A stretch of DNA of 64,000 nucleotides from Paramecium tetraurelia (Eukaryota). Positions 1 to 13,588 of the stretch are shown here, one piece after another. Location: assembly GCA_000165425.1 (NCBI GenBank), contig CT868374.1, positions 310,001-374,000 on the forward strand. The letters run 5' to 3'. Position 1 is the first letter of the stretch. Each line of letters begins with the position of its first letter. The notes below the pieces were generated by a model. The model did not search any database. It was given only the letters and a program-made list of their open reading frames with translations, and was not told where the DNA came from. The translations under genes and the position numbers were made by a program.

Positions 1-1145
1 ATTAAATATATTGATTAGGAGTCTATTCAAAATATATTCTAAACAATATTGGCATCAAGCAATTTGGATGACAATTTCAAACAAGATCTGTTGGGAATGC
101 TGTTAAATTAAAATATTATAAGTGAGAATGTGTTTCGTATAATAATTAAATACTCAGACTTATTTTAAATATACGTGAATCGATACCAGGAAATTTTTAT
201 TGTCATTTGTAATCAATCGCCTTCCTCATTTCATTAATTATGCACTATTGAATTATTTATGGGATGGAATATGATAAATCTAGAATGGCTTCATAACTAA
301 ATTAATTATTTGGAATCGCTAATCTATAAAAATTTTGATTTTTGCAAATCCATGATGAATTTCTTACATAAACCATAAGGACTTACAGAAATTGATTTAA
401 AAATCATACATATACTATCGCAAACAATGAACAGACCAGAAACAATTAAATTTCAGAATGTGTTATTGGAATTGTTAATTAAATATGAATGGAATAATAA
501 TTTATAAAATATTGCCATTAAAATGTATGAGCAAATGTCTTAAGGGGATACACCTCATAAATAATATGTATTATTAGTAATGTAACATTTTAGTTTCAAT
601 CAATAATAACTGATTTCATAACAGCTAATGTAAATTTCTAAAAATTCGAGTTTGGATTAAAAACCTAATTGCCAAGAGGATACAGATGGGTGTTTACTAG
701 AATCGTAAAATTATTTTCATTAAACTTCGATTAAGCTTAAGACATAAATGTATTGGAGGGCAAATATTTATTAAATGAAGACCCTTATAATACCAGAGAA
801 AGATAATCTATTAATATTCTAGAGAAGGTATCAGAAAGAAGAACATAATGGGCAAAAAGAATATAAGAAGAGGAAATGTAAAAACAAGAGGAAAAAGAAC
901 AAATTTAAATTGAAGAAGAAGAAAATAATGAAAATGATTAATTCTTTCAACCTAGAAATAGTTTTGGAGTCAAACCACCAATAATAAATAATGATGAAGA
1001 AGTGGAAGATGAAATTCCTGTAATAGAAAATTAACCTAGAAACAGTTTTGGAATAAAACCAATAATATATGAGGAAGAGGTGGAAGATGAAATTCCAATA
1101 AGAGGAAGATCCAGTTGTTAATTCAAATAAGACGATAACGATTGA
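1..1145 (+). CDS. 3' part of a hypothetical protein with acidic, internally repeated C-terminus (5' end outside window)
   Basis: Long reading frames in code 6; ends ...DEIPIRGRSSCQFKQDDND-TGA (1143-1145). Confidence 0.55.
948..1100 (+). repeat. Two-copy coding tandem repeat (~84-nt unit)
   Basis: QPRNSFGVKPPIINNDEEVEDEIP and QPRNSFGIKPIIYEEEVEDEIP; cctagaaa(t/c)agttttgga and gtggaagatgaaattcc each occur twice. Confidence 0.85.
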
Positions 1146-1416
1146 TTTCTAATTTTTGTTTATTTATAATATGATTGTAACTAAAAATTTAATGAAAAGT
1201 ACAAGAAGTTCAACTAAATATATTCACTTATAGTAATCAAAATAATTCAATATAGTTTACAATCTATTATGATTTTCAATTTATGATTAGTATAATAGTT
1301 TGTTATTCATAGCATCATTCAACATTAAATAAAATAATATCATGAATTAATTATAAAATTTATTATATACTAGAGTTTTTATCTTAAATATATTGATTAA
1401 TTAAATAAAATAAGAA

Positions 1417-1605
1417 ATGGATAAAGAAGACGAATTACACAATAAGGTAATTAAAGAATATAAAAATCCTTTGGAAGAGCATTTAAATTACAAAACTTAC
1501 AATAGATTGATGAGAGTTTGCTTTGCAATTTTGGTTATTTTGGGAATGTTGTAAACCTATCAATAATTCAAAAACAAAAGAGAACGAGTTTTGAGATTTC
1601 TATGA
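1417..1605 (+). CDS. Small (62 aa) single-pass membrane protein, hypothetical
   Basis: ATG 1417 to TGA 1605, intronless; MDKEDELHNKVIKEYKNPLEEHLNYKTYNRLMRVCFAILVILGMLQTYQQFKNKRERVLRFL with one hydrophobic segment. Confidence 0.55.
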
Positions 1606-1633
1606 AAATTTTTTCACGTTAATATTTTTTTTT

Positions 1634-4376
1634 TCATATATTTTCAAATATCTCAAAATGGTTCTCGACTTACTAAATAATAAAATACTTTTTTTATAAA
1701 TTTAATTTATAGTTTATTTTGATATATTTATATAGATCCTCAAATTTTGGTTGGCTAATCTTTTCTTTTTATTATCTTACTTATTGTTAACGCAGCACTT
1801 TGATTAATTGTGAATTTACTCTTTTATTCATTGTTTAATTTCATATTTCTTTTCATTCTTATATAAATATTTTATATTTATACCTAAAAAGAACCATGCC
1901 AATATTGTATTCTGGATAATAGGTTTCAAAGTCTTACATTCTGTCTAAATTAATTTTATAGATTTCCTCCATACAAGGATACTTATAATATTTTCAAAGA
2001 TAAAATACATCACTAATAAAATTTAAGAATTCGGTAGCAGTAGGTAAACTAGTAGTTTTTAGATTGAAAATTGGACTTGTGTTACTTTAGAGTGAAGGCA
2101 GGATGTTCAGAGAAAGAGGTTGATTCAATATTTTTGAAATTTTTAAATCAAAAATGTTTCTACTTAGGGACTTTTATTATAGTTATTAAGCTGAATTTTA
2201 TTAACAATATTCTAGTTGCTGTTATTATTCATTTTATTTGATATTCTCATTATTGATTTCGATTAGGAGATTGTTTTATGATTCTCCTTATAATTGTAAC
2301 TCATTTTTTTCTTAATTTGACTCTATAACACTGGATGATTGCTACGAAAATTCAGATGAAACTTCTTCAATTTCAGCTTCATTCAAATGTATTGCATTTA
2401 TTTACTTAAAATGATTTAGAAAACAATTTTAATTTCGTTTCCTTCCTCTATCAACTAATATATAATAAAGAATCCATACATGATTTTCTAGGTTAATTTG
2501 GAGAATAGAGGTATTTATCATAAAAACCAATATTGTTTTTTATTAAATGTATTTGTGGACAATTAATTAATAAATGAGTCCTATCCTAACAATATTAACA
2601 AACTGAATCTATGATTTAATAGTTGTTATTAAATAAAATTTAATCTTTAATGAATGCAGCAATTTCCTATAATTAATTAAATAAATACCAAATCTTAGAT
2701 ATTAGATGATATAATTTTTAGAAATTTTTCCCTGCTTAACTTATAAAGTATGCAATAACCTAAACCTGTTATTAGATTTTGATTTTCTTAGCCAGTAAAA
2801 AAGGAATATTAACCAAAACATTGGCCACTGAATATTTTTTTATATTCTGGTATTGATTCTGTTAAGCCATATGCAACTTTGCCTTAATTTACAAGATAAA
2901 TATTATATTAGTCACCATAGTGATTACATCTGAATTTATCATTTATATTAAGTATAATTGGGGTAAGATTTTAAGCTATTTATTATTATGTTGATTTGGA
3001 AAATTGAGAAAATATTCGAAATTATTTTACAAAGTTGAGTAATTATTGCTCTTTAAATTCTTGAAATAGTTATTCCTTTTCTAAACATTATTCAAAATAA
3101 TTTTCTATGTTTTAAAAATTTTAATCCTTTAAACATACTTCCTCTAACTTCCTAGAAATTTAATACTTTAAAGTTTATGAAATTTTCTATTTGTACAAGA
3201 ATCTTTAGAGTAATTTCAATTCTTTTATTTTTTTGAATTCTTAGTAAAATTCAAGAGAATCTAAAATTATGAGTTTGATAATTAAAATTTTATAAAACAA
3301 AAGGATAAAAGTAGTACACATACTGAAAATTCGATTTGATAATGAATCAATTTCAACTTCCAATTTGAAATTTCCAATTAAATAATATAGTTAACATAAA
3401 TCTGTAGGTACTCCTAAAACATATCTTAAGATCCTTTAACTTAATCATCTATTATAAATTATTATCTCAAATTGATACATGTAAAATAATGGCAAGTATG
3501 TAAAATTTAAACAATCTAGATTGTTAAATCACTCATCTCATAATATAATCTCTTATTGAATGCTAGAAATATCTTTTTATAAGTTATAAGTTCGATTATT
3601 AGCAAACTAATCGTTTTTATGAATTCGTTATCTGAAAGTATTAGCATGGTAAGCAAAACTATAGAAGATGTATCCATCAAAATTTTTGATGACTTAAAAA
3701 TATATTCAAGAAATTATTTACTCTAATATAAATATTCTTCTTAGCATATTTAAGATGTATATTTATATATTTAATCTAAAATGGTTAGAATAATCAAGGA
3801 AGTAAATAAATAATTCCCATATCCATTTGTTTAGTAAATGTATTCTACTGGAGAAATGATCAAGATTAAAATACAGAAAAAGAAAATGATTGAATCCCAA
3901 ATCAAATTTAATTAAGGTTAAAGGGAATTCTTATATATCTTTTTTCCAGCATTTAAAGGAGAAAAAAGCAATTAGTTAATAAATTTATGTTGTTTATTTT
4001 TTAGGGTAAGGTGTTATTTTAATTTATTAATAAATGCTAATACCTTTTTTTAATTTTATTGGAATGTATTCGCTTGTGTAATATTGTTTTTTACAATAGT
4101 TTATTCTCCTTGATTTCTAAATTACCAAGTAATCCCTTTGGTTTGCTTATTAGCTTTCAAATCAAATATCTCAAAAGCAGGTGTTTTATCCTCTTCTACT
4201 TCATATGAAGGTTGTCTAGGATGAGACATATTTATCCTTTTACCCACTTGAAAAGAATTTTCTTTCTAATTGTTATTTATCCTAAGACTTAGAAATTGTA
4301 AATACATTATACTTCCGTCATAACTTTGAGAAGGACTAAGAATTAAAAACTCATTTTTTATTTCATCTTATATCAT
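1634..4376 (-). pseudogene. Cyclic-nucleotide-binding-domain cation/K+ channel family gene, apparently frameshifted
   Basis: S1-like LIWDSIIFFFCILILIISPVEY; S5-like ILHTCHYFTC; cNBD-like SGQCFGQYSFFTG; CQYCQDRTHLLINCP knuckle; C-terminal DRMQDFETYYPEYN motif seen in ciliate channels. No GYG filter. Several frame changes between ~2900 and ~3400 could not be explained by GT..AG introns. Start approximate. Confidence 0.55.
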
Positions 4377-5086
4377 CTATTTTATAAAATAATAATGAAG
4401 TTCAAAGAATTTTTCATTATAATTTTAAACTGATATTGAAATGTATCTCTTATCTTAAAGCTTTTTTTTTTCAATTAATAAGCCACACTAATCGAAGTTA
4501 TTTTTAAACTAATCTAAATAAACAACAACAGTATAATTTATAAATTTTTTGATTGATCTTATGAGAAGTAATGGTATTAAATATAAAGTTAAAAACCTAA
4601 AAGTTTTACCCAAACAAATGTTTGTAATTAATTTTTATTAAATGGTTGCTTTTGATAAATAATTGATAAAAATTGCTCTGAAAATATAAATTAAAAATAT
4701 ATTTTAGATAATTATAATCTTCAGAACTTTATCAATGTTTCTAAGTTATCAGTATTATTTCTTGATTTAAAAGTGAGATCTTTAATAAAACATACTAAAA
4801 CATAAATTTTTAAATCATTTTTAAACCTATATTGTTCCTTATTTATGGACAAATCTTTTTTGAACAATCTCCATTATATTAATCTAAAGTTTTCAAATTT
4901 TTGAATTGATAAAGAAATTCTTTAAAAATCAAAAAAAATAAATAGGAAAACCATAGCAAACAGAATAAAATTATGTTTTGTTAATTATGCTAATTTTTTC
5001 AATTTACTCGCTATTTTAATTAAATTAAAATATAAATTTTATGTTCTCAGTTATTATATGACTAAAGAGTTTACATCTATCAAAAG

Positions 5087-5541
5087 TCATATTATTTCTG
5101 TCAAAATTATAGAAATATAGGGAGAGAAAGGAACGCCCTAGTTCAATTAGGAATAATTATCACTTATATATTTACAATATTCATGATTCATTTTTATTTA
5201 ATTTATTATTGCATCTCTTCTTTTATTCTTCTTTTTCTCTTTTATTTAACTTATATTGTTTCCTGCTTTGTAATTTCTTTTCTTATTTTTATAAAATTAT
5301 CCTATTTGCTAAGTAAAACATTCCAATTTGTTAAGGGATCCTCCTCTTAAATAACCAACGTATCAAAATAAGGTTCATTACATTTCAACCCTAAATTTTA
5401 TGATAAACTTGATAATTAAAATTTTTACTTTTAAAGTACACCCTTAAACATATTCCTCTCTCTAATCATCTTTTATTTTAATTTTGTATAAGTGGCCTCT
5501 AATTTTACAATGTAATTAATCAAATTGGTTTAATCACTCAT
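5087..5541 (-). CDS. Hypothetical basic protein
   Basis: ATG 5541 MSDQTNLINYIVKLEATY..., one 21-nt GT..AG intron, TGA at 5087. Confidence 0.4.
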
Positions 5542-5626
5542 TTTTTATTTTATAATAAAAATATAAAAACAACAATCGAAGACCAAAATTTCCAAGGTAA
5601 TTTTTTCTATATAATAATTTTCAATT

Positions 5627-6892
5627 ATGAATTTGAATCGAATTCCTTTGGCACCTTTGACTCCAATATAAGTACAACAACTAGCTCGTTTACCTAGAGC
5701 GCAAAAAAATCAAAATTGTTTAACCTGTATCCCTACAAATCCTAATAGCCTTGGATAAAGTAAATACACATCAACAAACTACTAAATTAAAATTTATAAG
5801 AAAATTGTATTAGAACTTCTGAATTCTATTTAAAATTCCCCCTTTCTAGAATTTATGTTTGGATTATAGGTAGAATTCAAGTCATCTTATCAATTTCTTA
5901 TTAGTCCAACTGAAAGTCTTATCAACTATTTAAACCTACACTATGACATCAAGTAGCTGTATAGAATTTATGATAATATCTATAAATAAAATGCTACTAA
6001 GATTAAGATTTATATAAATATCTCAGAAATAGATTTAATATTACAATTATTAAGATCTATAGTTAAATAGATGCCTCACATTAGCCGAATAAGAGAAGTA
6101 CTAAAAAATTAGTAAGTAAAAGACATTGTAAGTATTAAAAAGACTTAAATTGAAGATCCAAAATTAAATTAAATAATAACCTTGATCTAATATATTTTTA
6201 ATTCATAACTCACAAAATTAAATAGTTAGATCATATTTAAGAAGGAACAACAGGAAAACATTGTTAAAGATCAATCTTTTTATCATATTTAAAATAATGT
6301 TTAGTCAATTATGATATCTTTATTTTTGCAATATTGCTTATAAAGGAAAATATTACTTCCAGAAATAATATATTCTATTACATTTATCACTAATTCTAAG
6401 AATCTAACTGTGGGACCAAGCTTTGTTAATGACATTCCAGATTCAAATGCTTTTGATGAATTTAAATAGAAAATTAACTATAGAAGATATTAAAGGAGTT
6501 TTAATTTATAAGGCCTTATTGAATATGAAGATTATTTAATTTAACAATTTAAAATCTCTTATCCTATGAAAAATATTGAGACCGATTTAGTTCAAACAAT
6601 AATATTAGTTTAAGAGAATTAACTTTAAATTGTTGACAGATTAAGAAGAATATTTCAGAGTCAAAGAAGCAAAATAATGATTGACAATTTGGGTAGTAAT
6701 CCCTTAAATCAGATTGGAATGAGCATTTCTAATATTATTCTTGAATTACAAAACACAGTGAAACAAAGTGAAACTAGTTAATAAATAAAAAGGATGTCCA
6801 AAAATTTAAGCTTGAAAATAAAAAAACTATGATATTACAAAAATATATTAGATTATATAATAAGATATTCAACCTTTTAATTCAGGCAATGA
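5627..6892 (+). CDS. Hypothetical protein
   Basis: ATG 5627 MNLNRIPLAPLTPIQVQQLARLPRAQ...; extended coding-like frames to TGA 6890-6892; exon structure not fully resolved. Confidence 0.45.
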
Positions 6893-6949
6893 ACTAATAG
6901 CATTTTTCCAAACTTCAAATGGAGTTTAAACTTTCTATTGTTATTATTA

Positions 6950-8148
6950 TGAAATTTAGTTTGCTTATTGCTATTAGTTAGAGAACAAAGAGTATCCTCC
7001 TAATCTGCTGAATTCAAAATTTGATTTACAAATACTATTGGAATACTCATATGATAAATTAAAGTATTTATCAAATGTTGGTAATTCTTCTTTTTAAATT
7101 GACTAGGTAATTTCAAAATTTACTTTTAATTATATTTTCTTCCTTTCCTCATTCCATAATTGCTCGTAATGGCTTGGATATGATTCTGAAATATTATGCT
7201 TTTTTCTTTTTTTTAATAATTAATCAGCTTTATTTAATTCGCTATATAATAGAAGTTTTTATTACTTATTTAAAAAATCTGAGCTTCTTGTTGTTACAAA
7301 GAATTTATGAATCAGTTGGCATTTGTCTTTTCCAAACCATTAAATTCCTTTGATAAATTGCTATAATTCTTTTTGATTCAGATATTCATATTAACTTAAC
7401 TTCCAGGTTTTTATTTTATTCAATTAAGCGTTGCTGCAAATTGAGTTTTTGTACTTATTTTTAATTTGCTTCAGCGTTTTTTCCCATAAAAATTCTTTTT
7501 AAATTTCCTCCAATTTTTTACTTCCATGCTTTTACAAACCTTAAAATAATAAGTCTTCATCCACAGGAGTGAACTTACACCTGACCTTACTAATTTAGTA
7601 TTATTATGGTAAATAACTACTTTAAATAAGGGGAGTATATTTCTTAAGAACAACTATTTTATCATCAAAATTCTTATTAATATTTTCTAAGATTGTTTTA
7701 CTCTGTTTTAAAAGAGGGAGTTAGAAAGAACTTTATAATGGGGAGACTTCTATTGTGAGAGGATTGTCATTAAATTGTGACAAATCAATGCTGTATAATT
7801 AGGCATGATCTTGCTTTTCAAGTTGCTCAAGCATCTACATTGTTTTTTATCTTAAGGTTTCAGATTTACAAAATAAAGCATTTTATATCAGCAACTGTAC
7901 TAAGATTTCATATTAAGAGAAAAGTTAAATGATTTAATGACTTTGTACAAGAGTCTAGTTTAATAAAGAAATATACAAACTTTACATCCTGATTGGGAAG
8001 GATTGTCTAGTATTTTGATTGGCAATACTATAAAGTCTTTAATTACTCTGGCTACATCCAATAATTTTATTAAATTTTATAATTTATATAATGAATTGTC
8101 TTTTGTGGAAAGTATAATTATTTATTCAAAAAATTGGTCATATTTCAT
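6950..8148 (-). CDS. Hypothetical protein (3' end uncertain)
   Basis: ATG 8148 MKYDQFFEQIIILSTKDNSLYKL...; coding-like frames downstream; exon structure unresolved. Confidence 0.3.
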
Positions 8149-8358
8149 TTATATAAACGAAAATTCTTGTAAAATTTTTCAATTCATAAATAATTGCGAT
8201 TATAAAACATTTAATGTTAGGAAATTCTTATTCAAATTCAAAGTTTAACTAATTTTGATAAATTTATTAAAACATAGTAATCGATTAAAATATTAATAAA
8301 TAAGGGAATTAATTTATTACATTTCGTTTATTATATTATATAAGATATTAAGATAAAA

Positions 8359-9425
8359 ATGGAATTCAATTGTATAATTGAAAGAGAATCATTTTTATTG
8401 ATTGTCAAGGATACAACGTTGACAATTTGTAATTAATCCATCAAATACACATTTGATATATCTTTGAAAATTCTTATCACCTGGATATTTCGTGAATAAG
8501 AATTGAATGGGTTTATATTAGATGATCTCATTGTGGAAGGGGATAGTTTAAATATGAAAAAGCTTAAACTATTTCTCGGTGGAAAAATAACTTACACCGG
8601 CATTCAAATTTTCTATTGCTTTAATGGGGAGATAAGTTTCAGCGATAGTAAAGCAACAAAAGTAATTATAATTTTATTATAAAGGTCTGTTCTCTCATCA
8701 ATAGGTAAACTAAACTAAAATTCACTTGTAAATGCTTTAAGAAAAGCATGTTGGGAATGGAGAAAATTCATAAGGAGATTGAGATTTTAAAGAAAACATC
8801 TAAAAAAGGACTAGCCCCAAAAATCTATGAATGCTATTAATCAAATAATTGTGTGTATCTAATAATGGAAAATTTGGAAAAATTATAGGATTAGGCATTT
8901 ATGGAAGAAGATGTTATGTTATTTCTCTATGTAACTTCTTTTATAATTTTAGAGTCTAATTTAAATAATCTCAGTCCTCCATTAGGAAAATATTGTTCAC
9001 AAAAGCATAAAAAAATCACATATTATGTTTAGTGAAGACAACAAACTAAAATTGGTTGGATTTGGAAAATCTAGCAATGCCAATATTCAAAATAATGAGT
9101 TTAGACTGGACATTTTTAAGGTCGGAATTATAATGCATAAATTGTAAAGATTAAAAAATAGCATAGCTACTAAAAATAGAATTTTTAAGACGATCAATTT
9201 ACTATATCAGAGGATGGAAATTCCCTATTAGAAGCTCTTCTAAATTGGAAGAGTAATTCTCCTATTGAGTTAAAAGAACTATTATGCCATCCTTACTTTA
9301 AATTATTAAAATCAGAGGGATTATCTTTATGTATAATATTTATATTCATTTTAGAAATTTAATGTATGAGCCCTAAATTCAAAACTCATATTTTTTAAGA
9401 TGGAGAGCTTGAATCAATTAATTGA
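8359..9425 (+). CDS. Protein-kinase-fold protein, predicted pseudokinase, with N-terminal extension
   Basis: Four tiny introns; FTCKCFKK (VAIK Lys), KEIEILK (helix C), VYLIME (hinge), IVHKSIKKSHI (HRD replaced by HKS), LKLVGFG (DFG replaced by GFG), DIFKVG, ELLCHPYF. Confidence 0.75.
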
Positions 9426-9727
9426 TAATTGTTTTATACACTTTACATATATTTCATAAATTTGAATTTTATAAAAATTAGATAATCCAGCCTTGAGAAT
9501 AAGATGCTAAAGACCTAAAATATGTAGTGAAAATGGTTTCTTAATTTTTAGAGAATTGTTCGCATCTTCATACTTAAATGTATAAATTTATTAATAATCG
9601 ATTTATCTAAAATACATCAAATAAAAATGAATAATTATCTAATTTATTCATTTATAAAAAATAATTTAAACAGAAAATAATTCATAAATTATTTATTTAG
9701 TTGATGTAATACTTTGGTTGACATAAA

Positions 9728-10555
9728 TCATTATGATTGATAAAACTCAATTAATTATTTTAGATTGCCAAATAATCTAGATGAAAATGTTCTTTTAGTT
9801 TTATGTTTAACTCTTTCTAACACAGGACCGTAATCCATGATGGTTGTTTCTGGTCGTCTTTTCTTTAAAGCCACCCATTCATTGAAGAGATCTGTAAGTA
9901 TTAATTAGTGTAATTTTTTCCAAAGATTATCTTCCTTTACAAGTAATCTACAAAAGTTTTTAAGTGCTACTCTATCTGCAATTTCCTATTAATTTAATAT
10001 AAATTATACCTTTACATCCCTTTAATCAAGCTATTCCTGCAAATGAAAGTATCGCTTAATAAAGAAAGTGACATTTATAGAAGATGCTGCAAAATAGAAG
10101 TCATTTTATGGTTTACACATTTCTTTAACTAAAGTGTCTTTGTACTCACTCACAAAATTAGTAATATCATCTAATGATTATACTCCGCCTCCTCTAAAAT
10201 CTGTGGTTGGATCAGCCTATTAAAACCCAAACTCAGTCCATTTTTAATTTCTAATTTCTTGTAATTCGGTTTCGGTCAATAAATACCATAGTCCTTTGAT
10301 TCTTTTAACACAATTTTCATCTTCATGTGAATATAAAGAATATAATTCAACTCTTAGATTCCACCATTCTTTTATTTCTTGATTTGATAGATTATAAGTT
10401 TCATCAAAACAAGAAGATAAGTACTTCTCTTTAAATTCCTTATTTTTTTAATGAGTTGTGGGCTCATGAGCCATTTAAATTTCAGTCCAAGGATGATTCT
10501 TTGGTTAATGTATTAACACCATAATTTGATCTTTTTGTTATATTTCTTAATTCAT
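9728..10555 (-). CDS. ELMO/CED-12 domain protein (ELMOD-like)
   Basis: KWTEFGFQQADPTTDFRGGGVQSL and FYFAASSINVT match the ELMO GFQ..DP.TDFRG signature; one intron near 9990-10010. Confidence 0.85.
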
Positions 10556-10793
10556 TTTTTAAATATTTCTTTTCTTACATTCTTAAAATTAATATGAAAA
10601 TTATGAATGTTCTAATTCAATCCTTTCACAAGGAGGATAATTTAAATGAATTAGAAATTAATTTTTCAATAAGAAATCAGGTTATCCTTCCTTCAATAAT
10701 GAATTACCAATTCCTCTAATAAGTATGCATTAGATATAGAAAAGAAAGCTTATTTCAATAATGTATTTTAGATATTATAATTTGATTATAGAA

Positions 10794-12372
10794 TCACTTT
10801 AATTGATTCAAGACCTAATCGAATGAAGGCAATCTATTGGCTAATCCTCCTTCAGCAACTAAAGTAGGTCTGTTCTTCAATAAATCGACAACTGCCTTGT
10901 TAATTTAGTCTGATGTAACTGCATCAATATAAGAGGCATATTCAGTTATTTTAATTGCATTAAATACTTTCAACTAAATAAATAATTTATTATAATACGC
11001 TTTTAGCTGCTTCTTCTAATCTGTCTGAAGTTCTTTCAAGAGCCAAATACAATTAAGTCTTTAAGATATTCTTAGCTCTTGTTAATTCAGTGTTTGAAAT
11101 AGGTCCTGTAAGAGTCTTCAATTCATTTACGACACTGCTAAGTAATTCAGTTCCTTTGTCTGCTGATCCAATGATTTTGACTCCAAACAATCCAGCATCA
11201 GAAAAAGTGAAATTCAAGCTTTCAACAACATCGGCATAGGAATTCTTGTTTAAGACTATTTATTATTATAAAACGAATAAATACTGTTTCTTTGTAATCT
11301 TGATTGAGCACTTCCTTGTAATCCCAAGAGAGCATTGAGTACTTAGAATACTGCAGCTTATGAATTGGTCCAATTGGCAGATGGGAATAATAAAGCAATA
11401 GCAATTTCATTGTCATCAGTCAAGTTTCTGACTTCACCTCCGACATATTATGTTTAGGCTCTGACTTTAGCAGTTTAACCAGCTGGAATGAATCCAAGGG
11501 AATCTTAGACCAAACTCACAAATTCAGTATGATTGTAGATTCCAGCACCAGCAACTATAATTTTAGATGGGTTGATGTTCTCCAATTAGAACTTTTGAAT
11601 TGTATAAGCACTCAAATTGCCAATGTTAGTCTTGAATCCTCTCAATGGCATTCCCAAACCAGTCAAACCAAAAGCAGTCTTGAAAATTGTTTCATTGAAT
11701 CCTTCTCCACCTATAATTTAAATCTTAAATTAATTTACTTTTAATGATATTTTCCAAATTATGTGTTCCATGATTTTTTTCAATAGCTGCATTTGCAGCC
11801 ACTACTGATCTTGGCTCCAAAGCACAATCAGCTACGACTTTGAACACATCAACTACATCATGAGCCAAACAATGAGCTTTGAAGTATGCGCTCTCTTAAT
11901 CATAATCCATCTCAAATTCACCTCCAGATTATTGAATAACACCACTAAAGAATATTAGATTTTAATATACTAGTTGATTGTCTCATTTGTATTTAAAACT
12001 GTCTTATAATAAGTATTCTTGATAGACAATAAAGATCCTGATGTTTCATTTGTTTCATCTCTTGTTCCGACATCCAAAAGAATACCCACATCTACTCTGG
12101 AAGGAGATGAAGCACTCTCTGACAATACAGTGATTCCATTTGAAAGTTTTGTAACCTCATATCTTCTTTCCTATTCTCTGATCTCACTGCCTTTTTGTCC
12201 GACTGCAGATTAGGGACTAGCAGCAGCAAGCTTGTAAAGATCAGAAGACTTATCGTCTCTGTAAATTAAATCATGTAATTAGGCTTTCAAACTTGAGAAT
12301 TTGAATTGGGACTAGTCAAATTAACTTAATTCCTACCTTTGATGCAATTCTTCCTGAAACTCTAAATAGCAT
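10794..12372 (-). CDS. Mitochondrial M16 peptidase-family non-catalytic subunit (MPP-alpha / cytochrome bc1 core-2-like)
   Basis: Presequence-like MLFRVSGRIASK; VTKLSNGITVLSE, VGILLDVGTRDE, AFGLTGLGMPL, YVGGE, FTFSDAGLFG, ELTRAKNILK; HXXEH absent; several introns. Confidence 0.85.
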
Positions 12373-13588
12373 GATATTTTATTTTAAAATAAATTTTGTT
12401 AACTTTATATCCATAACACAATCAAATAATAGATATTAAATAAATAAATATGATTCTCTCACTAATGAAAGAATTAATCTCAACCATATCAAGAATAACT
12501 CCCTTCAAATAGATCTATCCTATTTTTCTTAAAGAATAGTTATTATGAGTGTTTATAACTCTTTATTTGATCATATTCGATTGAATATCTGAAAACTATG
12601 TAGAGATCTAAGACTCATCCTTAAAATAATAAATTATAATGTTTATCATCTTGCCTATTCAAAATCAATTTAAACTTAAATAAGTAATAAAATAATTTTA
12701 GCCAAATGACATGATTTTTATGGTGTTTTGTAATAACTATCACTAATAGACAAAGTAATTCTTAAATAATTCATTTAAATACAGATTAGTTTTATTTCAA
12801 TGAATCAATCAATTGATAGTTACTAATTTATTTATCATAAATTTATTTATTAATTTTATTCTAATGCAACTTAGTAGACATAAATCCAAGCTAAAGAAGC
12901 CTGATATTTCACGAATCTAACTGAATGTAGCACATAAATACTTAATTTTTAACTGTTTAAAGTTACCTTTGATAAGAACTCTAGTAAATGTAATTCAATT
13001 AAAAATAACAAAATGAATTATATAAAGATACCTATTTTTGAATGAAATGCAGTATTTAAAAGCCTATACATATAACTAATTATTTGTACTATAAAAATAT
13101 TAAGTAGCCTATTTGGAACCAAACGTAATCTAATTGAAAAAAGACGATGTTTTCTCAAATCTTCAATTGTTAACTAAGTAAATAAGAAATATTTCTTATA
13201 ATACATCTAACTCTTCTATTGAGTGAAATAATATAGAATTTTTGTATTAATAACCTTTCTTGATTCTCATTCAAATACATAATATTATTAATTAATATGA
13301 ATCAATAAATAATATGAGCGATAAGTTGATAAATGATTGTTTTACTGATATTTCATTTTCTTAATTGTTACTGAAGGACAGAGAGAAAATATCAGATCTA
13401 CCAAAGAGAGTTTGGAGAGTTGAAGCCAAAAAGGAGGAAGGCAATAGTTCCATTTATTGTTTGAAAAAATTAAATATTGTGTCATCAATTATTTATATAT
13501 AAATGCATTTTAATGACGTTTAATATTTTATAATACGTATATATGTGATGATGAATATCATATTTTTCATCATTAATTTAATTCCTGT

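Noticed and set aside
3781..4113. Plus-strand ATG-to-TGA frame of about 110 codons
   Set aside because: Antisense to the S1-S2 region of the channel gene; long open frames arise easily when there is only one stop codon.
13540..13575. TGATGA box-C-like motif with a short inverted repeat upstream of GDH (possible snoRNA)
   Set aside because: No properly placed box D; 8-bp AT-rich arms are expected by chance.
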